From Camelus ferus (Eukaryota), in contig NC_045697.1 in assembly GCF_009834535.1 (NCBI RefSeq), positions 100,256,001-100,320,000 of the forward strand: a DNA stretch of 64,000 nucleotides, in the 5' to 3' direction. Below are positions 51,529-64,000 of this stretch, one piece after another. Made by a program: the position numbers and the translations under genes. The stretch's first letter is position 1, and every line of letters starts with the position of its first letter. A model generated the notes under the pieces. It made no database searches. It was not told the origin of the DNA and saw nothing but the letters and a program-made list of their open reading frames with translations.

Positions 51529-53340
51529 ATCAGTTATTTTAAATTAATTTTTTGTGTTATTTGATTTGTAAATAAGCTTTGTTTTTTAATACTGTATGAG
51601 AATTGTAAGGATAAACCTAGTTTTATGTTTGAATCTATTTAAGTAATATTATTATGAAAGTAATTTAAGCCAACACTGGGAGCTAAAGAAATGTTTTTCT
51701 TTAAAAGGTTACATGATTATTGCACTTTATTCTTTGAAATGCACTGTCTAGCCAGGTTGATCGACTATAATCTAAAAGAATCAGAAAATTACAAGAATAT
51801 TATAATTAGGTGGAAACTTAAATGTTATCTATCCTAACATTTTACCTTAAACGAGACTGAAACAATTCTGACGTTATGGGAGATTAAAAAAAAATTCTGT
51901 GACTCCTTGTTTGCCAAGTTGTCTAGCTTTTATGGGCAAAGAAATGATGTTCTTAATCTTTATAACATTTGTATTTACAAATAATTGGAAATTCTCCCAG
52001 GAAGGAAATGTGTTCCCATGATAAAATAAAATTCTTCATGGAAAACTTCTTTAGTATACCAGCTTTAAACTTCATTTAGAAATGAAACGTTATTCTAATG
52101 GATTTAACTGGTGGTTATTATTGGAAAATACTGAATTCTTGGAAAAATTTGTGATGTAAGTCTGCCATGTGTTCTTTTACAAGCCCTTCATTTATGCCTA
52201 AAGAAAATATGTAGGTTAGTAACAGTGATAACATTGTCATGTACTCTATTTTAACAATGGCTTTTAAGCAATCTATGAATCCCTCTCAAGCAATTTGGGA
52301 AATGTTGCTGTGAATCATTAGAAATATATGAAGGTCTGAGCAGTGAAGTTTTACTAGGGAGTGATATTATGCCTCAGGGCTTCTTCAGTGGGTAAGACAA
52401 TGCTGGGGTGAAATTCACTTAGGAATTCAGTTACATTGCCTGTGTCCCTGGAGAGTGGATTAAACATCTACATTGTGGAATTTTGTCCGGTCATACGAGG
52501 AGAAAACATGAGAATTCCTTTTTTAAAGGTATTAGGTTTGGGGACGATCATAGCTAAATAATTAGTGCTGTGAGGGAATATTCTACCCTTTTGAAAAAAG
52601 GAACATGCAATATCTGAATATTATTTCGGCCTGTGACATGACTTTGCCACTTTAATGCAACACACTGCATATTACAAAGTGCCATCCACTTATTTCTTTT
52701 TCTTTCTAAATATATAATGTATTATCTAAATATTATATATTGTATATTTTATTATATTTGATATATTATGTCATGTATATATGTATTTATTATTATTTCT
52801 TATAATTTTATTATTTATTTGTATTTTAAAGGGTGAAATTCATCCATAGGACTCATGGCTCTCAATTTCACTAAAGTGGATAATGGGTCTCACTACAAAT
52901 TGTGTAATAAGATCTTGTCAACACTTCTATTTACTTTTATCCTCATTCTTAGGCCAACTCTTAATTTTATCTTACCCCAGAAGATGTTTGAGATGTAACT
53001 ACTTCTGGGAGATAAAAAAGGGAAGTTCGACCTTTTTGTTATTAAGATAAACTTCACTTCATGGCACACATATATGTAAATATCTTGTGATGAGAAGAAT
53101 GTTAAATTAGCCTATGAAAACTCTTCTAGGCAATGTTTTTGAATAACCAAACGCTTGTCCCCAGGAATCATTCACAACACCTTAATTATATACTTTGCTT
53201 CCACTATACATAATTACATTCTTCTTTCCCTGCTTCAAGCTGAGAAAGCTTTTAATTCTTCCAAGTGCGGGAGGTTTGTAGTCATTAAAGATGTCAAAGT
53301 ACTTTTTGGAGAAGTTGGTGGGGAGAGGGAGTTAGTACAG

Positions 53341-53728
53341 GATAATGGGCTGAATTGTGTCCTCCCTCCCCCAGATTCATATAATGAAGTTCTAACCCCC
53401 AGTACCTAAGAATGTGACTGTGTTCGAGAAAGAGGTAATTCTTTAAACAGGTAATTAAGTTAAAATGCTGTCTTTAGAATGAGCCCTAAGCCAATTTGAC
53501 TAGTGTCCTTGTAAGAAGAGGAAATTTAGATACATATAGAGAGAGAAGACCACGTGAAGACGCAGAGAGCGAATAGCCACCTATAAGCCAAAGAGGGAGT
53601 CCTCGGAAGCAGCCAGTCTTGCTGACATCAAAATCTTGAACTTCTAGCTCCCAGAACTGTGAGAAAATAAACTTCTGCTGTTTAAAGCCATCTAGTCTGT
53701 GTTACGACAGTCCTAGCAGACTAATACA
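53341..53728 (+). mobile_element. MaLR (MLT1B-like) solo LTR
   Basis: atgggctgaattgtgtcc...gaagttctaacccccagtacctaagaatgtgactg...ccagaactgtgagaaaataaa...agcagactaataca. Confidence 0.88.
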
Positions 53729-54029
53729 CACAGGGAGGCAATAGTGATAAAAAAAAAAACAAAAAAAAAAACCACTTCAGTTGAGTCCTGACCTGTCCAA
53801 ATAGAAGAGAGCAGGTAGGTGATTGATACCGAAGTTAAGAACCGTCAAGGGGGACATAGGGTCTCCATTACCTGTTTTCTATTTGTTTCCCAACTGGATT
53901 GTGGTATTGCTCAGAGCAGAGAAGATGCCTGTGTCTTCAAACCCCCTGCTCTTTGCACAGAGTAGGTACTCACGCATGCCTAGTGAACAGATCAATAGCT
54001 CATTGGGGGTAGTGGCGGCACTGGGCACT

Positions 54030-54310
54030 CACAGTGGTGTAATATATGGGTAAGAGACCAGGCTCTGGAGTGTGGTTGCCCAGGGTTGAACCCCAGATCT
54101 GCCACTTGTTGGTCGTCAGCTCCTGGGCAGACTTCTTCCTCATTCTATGCCTCTGTTTCCTCATGAGGAAAACAGAAACCATCATTACGCCTTCCTCCTC
54201 AGTTTGCTGTGATGGTGAAATGCAAAAAATCATGATTACATTGCGGAATCGAAAAGCACTTAGTGTGGTCCCAGGCATATAAAGGGCACTTATTAAATCT
54301 TTATTATTAA
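54030..54310 (+). mobile_element. MIR SINE
   Basis: ggctctggagtg...tctgccacttg...gcctctgtttcctcatgag...aaagcacttagtgtggtcccaggcatat. Confidence 0.75.
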
Positions 54311-55159
54311 ATTAGTCATTTCAAGAATGTCCAACAAGTATGTGACTGGGGAAGCTCTGCCTTAATTGTTGACATAAAGCAGGACTCTGGGTCCTGGCGA
54401 TAGTGCTATCAGTTCTCTGGCCAAATTCCAATTTGTGTTCTTCCCTTGCAAATAATCAAATCCTCCCCACTCGGGGAGGGGAAGTGGCTTTTATAAAGCT
54501 AAAAGGGAACTTCACAGCCTGCATGTTAAAGAGGAGGTCATTCTGCCCTTCCCGAGCTTGTCTGTGGAGCTCGGCACTACCATGCCAGTAGGGTTGCTAA
54601 GGCAAGGAGTTCTCACCAATTACTGGGTAACGACGATGTTTAGGTCAGAGGGGTCAGAAGGCTAAAAACACTGGGGGACTGGGAAAGGGCTGAGAAGAGC
54701 CAGAGAACACACATGCTCACAAATAAATGGAGCCCAACATCTCTGCTTTGCCTGACCTCCTTGCAGTCTTGGTGTGTGTCTACAGAAATAAGATATGCCA
54801 ACATGCAGCAGAAAACCTAGCAGTTGTACTTAAACTCAGACCATCATCTTGAGTGCAAAAGGGGTCTAAATTAACAGATGAGTTTAATTTGGGGAAAGTT
54901 TGTGTGAGAAGGTAAGCTCTCTGTAAGTTTTGATGAACGAAAGGATATAAATTGGTAGAGACAAGGAAAAGAGGGAAACCATCATTTGATGAGAACTGAA
55001 GTTTCAGACTCGGTCTTTCATTTAATTCTCTCAGTGAGCCAAAGGTGGGTGGATGTAACTACCTCTATGTCCGGCACATAGTGACAGGAGAGAGAAACTG
55101 CGTGCTTTTTCTCAAAAAACAAATGCTGGGTGATGTCATCTTTATCAAACAGATATGTA

Positions 55160-58120
55160 TATATATTTATTTACTGAGGTACAATTGATTTACAATGTTA
55201 TGTTAGTTTCATGTGCACAGCAAAGTGATTCAGATGTATATACATACACACATATGTATATATATGTTCTTTTTCAGATTTTTTTCCATTATAGGTTATT
55301 ACAAGATATTGAATATAGTTCCCTGTGCTACACAGCAAGTCCTTTGCCTATTTTACATATCATAATGTGTATCTGTTAATCCCAAATTCTAATTCCAAAC
55401 TCCCCCTCTTCATCTTGGGAACTATGAATTTGTTTTCTGTGTCTGTGAGTCTGTTTCTCTTTTGTAAAAATTTCACTTGTGCCATTGTTTTAAGGTTCCA
55501 CATCTAAGTGATGTCATGTGATACTTGTCTTTCTCTGTCTGACTTCACTTAGTATGATAATCTCTAGGTCCGTCCATGTTGCTGCAAATGGCATTATTTC
55601 ATTCTTTTCTACGGCTGAGCAATATTTTATTCTACATATGTACCACATTTTTCCTTATCCATTCACCTGCTGATTGACATTTAGGTTGCTTCCATGTCTT
55701 GGCTATTGTAAATAATGCTGTTAGAGTTTTTGTCTTTTCTGGATATATGACAAAGAGTGGGGTTGCTGGATCATATGATAAGTCTATTTTCAGGTTTTTT
55801 AAGGAATCCCCATACTGTTTTCCATAATGGCTGTACCAAACTACATTCCCACCAGCAGTGTAGGAGGGTTCCCTTTTCTCCATAGCCTCTCCAGCATTTG
55901 TCATTTGTAGACTTTTGAATGATGGCCATTCTGGCTGGTGTGAGGTGATACCTCACTGTAGTTTTGATTTGCATTTCCCTGATAATTAGTGATACTGAGC
56001 ATTTTTTCATGTGCCTATTGATCATTTGTGTTTCTTCCTTGGAGAATTGCTTGTTTAGGTCTTCTGCCCATTTTTGGATTGGGTTGTTTGTTTTTTCTTA
56101 CTAAGTCATACGAGCTGCTTATACATTCTGGAGATCAAGCCTTTGTCAGTTTCATTTGCAAAAATTTTTTCCCATTCCGTAAGTTAACTTTTTGTTTTAC
56201 TTATGGTTTCCTTTGCTGTGCAGAAGCTTGTAAGTTTCATTAGGTCCCATTTGTTTATTCTTGCTTTTATTTCTATTGCTTGGGTAGACTGACCTAGGAG
56301 AACATTTTTGAGATGTACGTCAGATAATGTTTTGCCTATATTTTCTTCTAGGAGATTTATTGTATCTTGTCTTATGTTTAAGTCTTTGATCCATTTTGAG
56401 TTTATTTTTGTGTATGGTGTAAGGGAGTGTTCTAGCTTCATTGCTTTACATGCTGCTGTCCAGTATTCCCAACACCACTTGCTGAAGAGACTGTCATTAT
56501 TCCATTGTATATTCTTGCCTCCTTTGTCGAAGATTAGTTGACCAAAAGTTTGTGGGTTCATTTCTGGGCTCTCTATTCTGTTCCATTGGTCTATATGTCT
56601 GTTTTTGTACCAATACCATGCTGTCTTGATGACTGTAGCTCTATAGTATTGTCTGAAGTCTGGGAGAGTTATTCCTCCAGCCTCTTTCTTTCTCTTCAGT
56701 AATGCTTTGGCAATTCTAGGTCTTTGGTGGTTCCATATGAATTTTATTATGATTTGTTCTAGTTCTGTGAAATATGTCCTGGGTAATTTGATAGGGATTG
56801 CATTAAATCTGTAGATTGCCTTGGGCAGTGTGACCATTTTAACAATATTGATTCTTCCAATCCAGGAGCATGGGATATCTTTCCATTTTTTAAAGTCTTC
56901 TTTAATTTCCTTCATCAATGGTTTATAGTTTTCTGTGTATAACTCTTTCACCTCCTTGGTTAGATTTATTCCTAGGTATTTTATTACTTTGGGTGCTATT
57001 TTAAAGAGGATTGTTTCTTTACTTTCTTTTTCTGTTGATTCATCATTAGTGTAAAGAAATGCAACTGATTTTTGAACGTTAATCTTGTAACCTGCTACCT
57101 TGCTGAATTCTTCAATCAGCTCTAGTAGTTTTTGTGTGGACCTTTTAGGGTTTTCTATATATAGTAACATGTCATCAGCATATAGTGACACTTTTACCTC
57201 TTCTTTTCCAATTTGGACCCCTTTTATTTCTCTCTTGCCTGATTGCTGTGGCTAGGATGTCCAAGAATATGTTGAATAGGAGTGGTGATTGTGTGGAGCC
57301 TTGTCTTGTCCCAGATTTTAGTGGGAAGCTTTTGAGTTTTTCACCATTGAGTACTATGCTGGCTGTAGGTTGTCATATACACATTTTATTACATTGAGAT
57401 ATGTTCCCTCTATACCCACTTTGGTGAGAGTTTTTATCATAAATGGGTATTGAATTTTACCAAATGCTTTTTCTGCATCTATTGAGATGATCATGTGGTT
57501 TTTGTCCTTTCTCTTGTTAATGTGATGTATTACATTGATTGATTTGCATATGCTGAACCAGCCTTGTGTCCCTGGGATGAACCCCACTTGATCATGATGT
57601 GCAATCTTTTTTATGTGCTGTTGGATTCTATTTGCTAATATTTTGGTAAGGATTTTTGCATCTATGTTCATCAGTGATATTGGTCTGTAATTCTCTTTTT
57701 TGGTGGTGTCTTTGCCTGGTTTTGTTATCAGAGTGATGGTGGCTTCATAGAATGAGTTTGGGAGTATTCCCTCCTTTTCAATCTTCTGGAAGAGTTTGAG
57801 AAGGACTGGTATAAGTTTTTCTTTGTGCGTTTGGTAGAATTCCCTGGTGGAGCCGTCTGATCCTGGACTTTTATTTGTAGGGAGGTTTTTTTTTATTGCT
57901 AATTCGATTTCATTTCTCGTGATCGATTTGTTCAAGTGGTCAGTTTCTTCTTGATTCAGTCTTGGTGGACAGTATGTTTCCAGAAACTTGTCCATCTCCT
58001 CTAGGCTATCCATTTTGGTTCCATATAGTTTTTCATAATATTCTCGTATGATATTCTGTATTTCTATGTTATTGGTTCTAATTTCTCCATTATCCTTTCT
58101 TGTTTTGCTTATTTGTGCTC
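55160..58120 (-). mobile_element. 5'-truncated, inactive LINE-1 (ORF2 RT and C-terminal region plus 3' UTR)
   Basis: ORFs 57354-58178 ([26 protein letters not shown]), 56184-57191 ([17 protein letters not shown]) and 55771-56025 (KCWRG...TLLHCWWEC) are L1 ORF2 pieces separated by frameshifts and stops. No ORF1 or endonuclease domain. Confidence 0.96.
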
Positions 58121-58771
58121 TCTTGCCATAAACCTTTTTTAAATAACAAGAAAAATCTTTCCCAGCATGGCCATGCATGCTGCTGCCCCCAGGAAGAATC
58201 CAGATCCTATTGACCTAGTTGGGTCGTATAACCATGGCCAAATCCATTCCCTGGGAAGGAGAATAGAAGTATGATTGACTTAGCCCCTTGTGATTCATAG
58301 AACATGGGAGGGTGAAGCCCAGAATGAACTAGGGCTCTCCCAGTGAGGGACAGTAGGATGAGAAGTGGACACCAATTGTGTCCACCTCTGTGAACTCACT
58401 ACAGTCTTGGAGGACTTCATGTTTCCTTTTTCTGGCCCATTTGGAGTTGACTTCACATTTTAGTTTCAGAAAGCCATCTCTATCTCTCCTATTCTTGGGC
58501 CTCAACTGCACTGTTGCCCTTTCTTGTATCCATCCCCTATATCTTGACTTTGTTGGTATGTTTAAAAGACTCTCAGGAAGAAACCATCCATGGGAATGAC
58601 ATTCTACCATCTCGTTGCAATGTGCACTAGAGTATAAAGAGTGATCTGCGTGTGGTTTCCCTGTCACTCAGAACAGTGCTGTGAGAGGATCAAGTCTCCA
58701 GTAAGTGAAAAGTGGTCTTGTCCAGAGTCCAACAGCTTTTAGGTCATTGCGTTTTGTCTTAGGCTCTGCTC

Positions 58772-59105
58772 TTTTTTTTTTTTTTTTTTAATTGAAGTAT
58801 AGTCAGTTACAATGTGTCAATTTCTGGGGTACAGCATAATGTCCCAGTGATGTGTGTGTGTGTGTGTGTGTGTGTATTTTGTTTTGTTTTGTTTTCATAT
58901 TCTTTTTCATTAAAAGTTATTATGAGATATTGAATATAGTTCTCTGTGCTAAACAGAAGAAATTGTTTTTTTGTCTATTTTTATATATAGTGGCTAATAT
59001 TTGCATCTGAAACTCCCAAATTTATCCCTTCCCACCCCATTTCCCCGGTAACCATAGGATTATTTATTATGTCTGCAAGTCTGTTTCTTTTGTAGATGAG
59101 CTCAT
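58772..59105 (-). mobile_element. L1 3' end with T18 tail and internal (TG)n
   Basis: T18 then aattgaagtatagtcagttacaatgtgtcaatttctggggtacagcataatg. Confidence 0.88.
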
Positions 59106-60060
59106 AGTATCCTCTTTCTTCTCTTCTTTAATTCTGACTCTTCCTCCAGTGCTTTTTCCACTTTTCTCTCCTGACACTCAGGACAGTGCCAACAACATAG
59201 CAAACACTCAGCACATACTTGTTAGATAAATAAAAAAGATTAACATCGAACATCTGGAGAAGAATGTGTACCATTTCTGTAATTGTTTTAGGAGCGTTGA
59301 GACAGTATAAAGTATAATAGCAAGACAGCCACTGGAGGTCACTGTTATTTCACAAGAGGAGAATTCGTTATTTCAGAAAGAACAGGTTGATCCAATTTTA
59401 AGATCTCAAGTGAAATGAGGATGGTTGTTATTAGGTAACACTTGCTGACGTCCCAAGGCTTTAGGAATTACAGTTATGCAGAGTTCACGCTTAGTGTTTC
59501 CAGTGTGAACACTGACCAAACATTCTGCTGAGCCAACATAGCCATTTTTTTCTGTGACATTTCCCATATTTAGAATTACCGTTTCTCTTTTATAATAAAA
59601 AGATGGGTAAGTTATTTTGTGAACAGAAAAGTTCCTTTCCTCGAAGTGGGTTTTTTCTGTATTGTTATATTCCCAAGGAAGAGCCACCTATACTTCCCAT
59701 GGGTATAATTTGAGAGACACTTAGAACTCTAACCCTCTTGTTCCCTGTGTGATGCCTGCAGTGCATTCACAGAGATCTGAAATTTCATTATTAGCTCTTT
59801 GTTCCTTTTTCTCAAATTTGCATCCCCACTTTGAGGGCCTTTGCTCCAAAGCAGCATCTTCCAAATTGATGTTTTTAAAAATACATCTAGTATGAAACAT
59901 TCCATAAAAAGGAGGGTTCTTCAGTCAAGTCAGTTTGGGAAACGTTGCAAGCAATAGCCTTCAACTGGAGCTGGGAAACCAGGCTGAAGTGGAGGGAAGT
60001 TCAACAGCCAAGAAACAGTTGGTGTGACTTTATTTAACAAGCTGTTTCTGCATCTTTGAC

Positions 60061-60421
60061 CAGAGGTCAGCAAATTTCTGTAAAGTGCCAGATAAGGAAG
60101 TATTTTAGGCTTGGTACATCATCTTGGGTCTCTGCTGGAACTTCTCAGATCTGTCACTGTGGCAAAAAAAGAGGCTCTGGACAACATGTAAACAAACAAA
60201 TTGTGCTGTGTTCCAATAATGCTTTGTTTATGGACACTGAAATTTAAATGTCATAAATTTTCACCCGTAATGAAATGTTACTGACATAATTGATTTCCTT
60301 CTTCCAAATATTTAAAATTGAAAAATTCACAGCTATACACATTTTGTATGCAGGTTATAATGGTCACCAAAACAGACAGTGGACCAGATTTGGCCCATGG
60401 ACCACAGTCTGCTGTCCCCTG
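60061..60421 (+). mobile_element. MER58B-type hAT-Charlie DNA transposon
   Basis: cagaggtcagcaaatttctgtaaagtgccagata...tttatggacactgaaattt...gatttggcccatggaccacagtctgctgtcccctg. Confidence 0.82.
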
Positions 60422-60976
60422 CTTTAGACCACAAGCTTTCTCATCTTCCCCTTTTTTGTATTTCGTGCAGATTGTATTAAGGTCTAAGGGACTGTGGGGC
60501 CTTCGGATGGAAGCCACCTTGATGGACATTTTGCTTGTTTTCATTTTAATATTGTAAACTATTCTGTAACCCATTAACCAATGAATTTCCTAGATCTATT
60601 TTTAGATATATCGTTTCCTTAAGTAAATGACCAAGGACGTATCTAGGGACAATTGAGGCACCTATGTGTAATTCAAGAAAAACTATAATTTTGCCTTTAA
60701 TTCTGGACAGGTGACATTCTACCCTCTGTTTGCTAATAAGGTAGTAATTAAGTATCTGGGCATTGGCCCAGAGAGTAGGGAAAACAAAATTATCCAGCTT
60801 CCACACTTTTGTTTATCTATCCCAGAGGCTTCGAGTAAGGAAGGAAGAATGTGAGGGCAGAAAGACTCACAAGGATTTGACCACAAATTATTCTAGTAAA
60901 GCTGTAGTGCATTAGGGAAAACAGCATTAAGCCTAGGAATAGAGTTTTAACTTTTTTGAACTATACCTTGGAAATT

Positions 60977-61000
60977 AAAAAAAAAAAAAAAAAAAAAAAA
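60977..61000 (+). repeat. Poly-A run (A24)
   Basis: Direct reading. Confidence 0.9.
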
Positions 61001-61399
61001 GAACAACTAAGTCCAGTAAAACAACATGTGCTTCTAGAGTGGCACTAGAGAAATGTCAGATCAAAGCAGATCAAAATAACTTTAAAAAGAGAGTAGAAAA
61101 TAGTAGATATTCTATATTTGGGGGGATTGGGGTCAAGGTGTCAGACACTGTGGGTGGGGGTAGCTTTGATGGCAGCTTCAGGAATCCTAAAACCTCTCAA
61201 TGTTTTCGAGTCTTCAGCCTTTGAAAGTTATTCCAACTCTAACTTTCTTATTTCTGATTGGTTTACTTGAGATTTCAGACACAACACTAGCTGTTAGTTT
61301 TTAACTCCCAAGCTACTTGCATCTGTTACAATCTGCAACAACTGTGAGAACTTCGCAACAATCCTCGGTTGTGTAGTTCCCTTGCCTCCCCATGTTATA

Positions 61400-61573
61400 C
61401 AGCTGTGATTCTGGAAGCTGGGTTCCAGGTCAGCAGTGCCAACATCACCTGGTACTTTGTTACAAATGCACGTTGTCAGGCCCATCCCTGACCCATGGAG
61501 CTCGTCCTGCAATCTGTGTTTTTATTAGCATTCCAGATTACTCTGATGGTTGCTACAATTTGAAAAACCATTG
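61400..61573. mobile_element. MER5-like hAT-Charlie element
   Basis: cagcagtgccaacatcacctggtactttgttacaaatgca...tttgaaaaaccattg. Confidence 0.6.
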
Positions 61574-64000
61574 TTCTACACCCTCTAGTCAGAAATACAT
61601 CATAAAATAAGAAAAAGAAAGAGAAAGTCTGAAAGCTGTCATGGATTATTTGGCTAAAACAAATCAATTGTTACAAGAAGAGTTATGGAAAGGAAGCCTG
61701 TTGGAAGAAAATGACTGGAGGAATGAGAAATCTGACTTGCTGGAAAAATCCTGGTTGCTATCCTAATGACTCTTATTCCAAATGTCACATAATTGTCTAA
61801 GATGTCTTTGCAAAGAAGAATAAGAGGAATAACGGTAAAACTTTACAAATAATCTAAAAATGTGTGTCCTCATAGGAAAACTTAAAATAAAATTCGTTTC
61901 TCAATAAATATTTCTTAGATAATTTTTTAATGGTTCTAATTTGATAAAGATTCAAAGGAATTCATTTAGGAAGGAGAAACAAAGCACTCACATGCTGAGC
62001 AGCAGGAAGAGGTCCAATAATCAAAATTAAAAGATTACTGTTTAATTTCAAAGGGCATCTGGCATGGAGCTCATGAGAGGGGAGAAGGTGGACACATTTT
62101 GAAGTAAATTTCCCCCTATACTCAGCAATATTCTCATCTTCCTTTGAGTGATCTATTCAGATTTGGATCTACTTCACCTAAGTTATTAAATTTAAGTTTC
62201 TAGGTGTTGATTATTCTACCCATTTCCCCCTTTTAGATCTAACCTTCATTTTGTTGCGTTATTTGTTATTTGTTTCTTTTTGCCATTTGTAAAGGTAATT
62301 AGAGTTCTGGTACTTTTACAAGAACTATTTAGCTTATCACAGTCATGAGTCATTTAACACATTTTCCTAATCTCTGTGACCCTCAAAGGTCCTCAACTCC
62401 TAAAATTCCATGATTCCATAATTTCTAATTTGTGCTGTAGTCTAGAAATCCCAAGAAGATAAAATAGAGGAGATGAATGAATTTGTTCAGAAAAGCATTA
62501 TAGAAATAAGAATCCCAACATTAATATTTATTTTGCACTAAACTAAACATGAATCTAGATTTAGCGATGGTTCACAGCTCATATAATTAAGCTAATATTA
62601 CAGAACTAAGGAATCTTGAGTCTGCAAATGAAAAGAAATGAAGTTACTGAATTAAATTTAGAGTTAATGAGCCTTTTCAGGCTTCGTCGTGTTAAACAAT
62701 ATATCCCATTATTATAAATATTTGGAACTGTTATAAGTCAGATGATAAACAATACATTGATGAACACACTTAGGATCAAGTATTTGTAATTTCTCAGTTA
62801 TTTTGAGGAACTTTATCATATAAATGACATTTATTCCATGTCTTGGGGCACCTGTAGACGATTTTTTTTTATTGTGACATAAGTCACCATGTAATGCTTG
62901 AATGGCTGAAGGTTGCCTCCAGATTATTAGAGCTGTCAGAATCCATTTTTACACAACAGATTGGAAAAAAAAAAGTAACTCCCTTAATTCAAAGCTGTTA
63001 TTTCTATCATTGTGATATAGTTCTTTCCCATTCCACTTAGGAAAGTGAAAGCAATAAAGATTTTTTTCTGTCTTTGTAAAGGAGAGTCTATGATTAAACA
63101 GTCAAAAATGACTCATTTTTCCTAAGATGAGGTTATCACTTTCATTCTGATTTCCAAAAGTGTACATCCAGTCTAGTGGGAGTCCGGGGTAGGCTTCCAT
63201 ACAAGGATACTAAAACAGTCAGTAAATAATCTCACTTTGGAAATGGTCGCACAAAGCAAGTCGCCTCATGTGTCAACTTGCTTCAGAGTGTTCCAGAGAA
63301 TAATCGAACATTTGCTGTTGCTCAGACCTGATTGCTATGTGAGAGTGTCAACGGGACAGGAGTGCCTCCACTCTGACTCTCTCCACCCAGTTGAGTAAGT
63401 CCATGTCCAAGATAGAAAGCAGCAAAGCTATTTGTAGTCCATAACACTTATTACTGGATATTATGTACTAACCACTGGGCTAGAAGCTGAGAATACAAAG
63501 AATAAGACATGACCCTTCTTCAAGAAAAAAAACAGTTTTCTGGAGGAACATAAGAGCAAAAATATAATTTCAATCTGGTTGTGTAAACACTATGATAAGT
63601 ACACACACAGTCCATGTAGGGAAGCAAGGAGGAAGAGCCTCCAACACAAGCCTGCAGAGGCTGCTACGTGGAGGGCAGGCTGACAGGAGGAAGACTCCTC
63701 CTTCCTCCCAGCCCATCTAGTGTGGTCCTGGGGGAGGGGTGTTCCCACGAAGTAGCAGAACCAGGACTCAACCCTAGATCTTCTTCTATTTTGAAGTGCT
63801 CTTGCCACCAACAATGATGTCTCTTGAGATTCTCTTCCTTGTGGTGACCTATATGAAGATTGACCCTTATAGTGGAATCCCCTTATGGATGAATCCAGTA
63901 AAATGTGTTTGGGGAGATGGGTGGGATGGGGTGGAGGCAATAGGAGTTCCCACCGCTTGCCAGTGAGTAGCAGGCTGTGAGAGACTTGAATCTTCTCTTC

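Noticed and set aside
52700..52830. Extremely AT-rich stretch
   Set aside because: Low-complexity (TA-rich) sequence with no defined periodicity or structure.
56184..58178. Active retrotransposon or domesticated RT gene
   Set aside because: 5'-truncated, lacks ORF1 and the endonuclease domain, and has frameshifts and nonsense codons.
1..64000. CRISPR arrays, operons, NUMTs, non-retroviral endogenous viral elements or processed pseudogenes
   Set aside because: By eye I saw no regularly spaced repeat-spacer array and no recognisable mitochondrial, viral or retrocopied coding sequence; a tBLASTx/BLASTn of the repeat-masked window would be the decisive test.

Overview
Mammalian genomic DNA, most likely camelid: it carries a tRNA-Ala-derived vic-1-type SINE, and I saw no Alu, BovB/Bov-tA or PRE-1 elements. 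The only protein-coding sequence I can support is the first coding exon of RNF150 (PA-TM-RING/Goliath-family E3 ubiquitin ligase), minus strand, 37124-37625, inside a CpG island. Positions 1-37123 are intron 1, and about 38300-64000 is upstream, apparently non-coding DNA. Interspersed repeats dominate both flanks: a dead 5'-truncated L1 with RT-coding remnants, many L1 3' ends, L2, MIR, MaLR LTRs, and Tigger2, MER2, MER58, MER5 and Kanga-type DNA transposon fossils. I found no novel multi-gene system. The most notable observations are a (GGC)8 poly-Gly tract in RNF150 that appears longer than in human, two uORFs and a G-quadruplex motif in the putative 5' UTR, a cluster of three inverted repeats at 49410-49488, and several nested transposon insertions. 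Repeat family names and boundaries come from recalled consensus sequences and are approximate.
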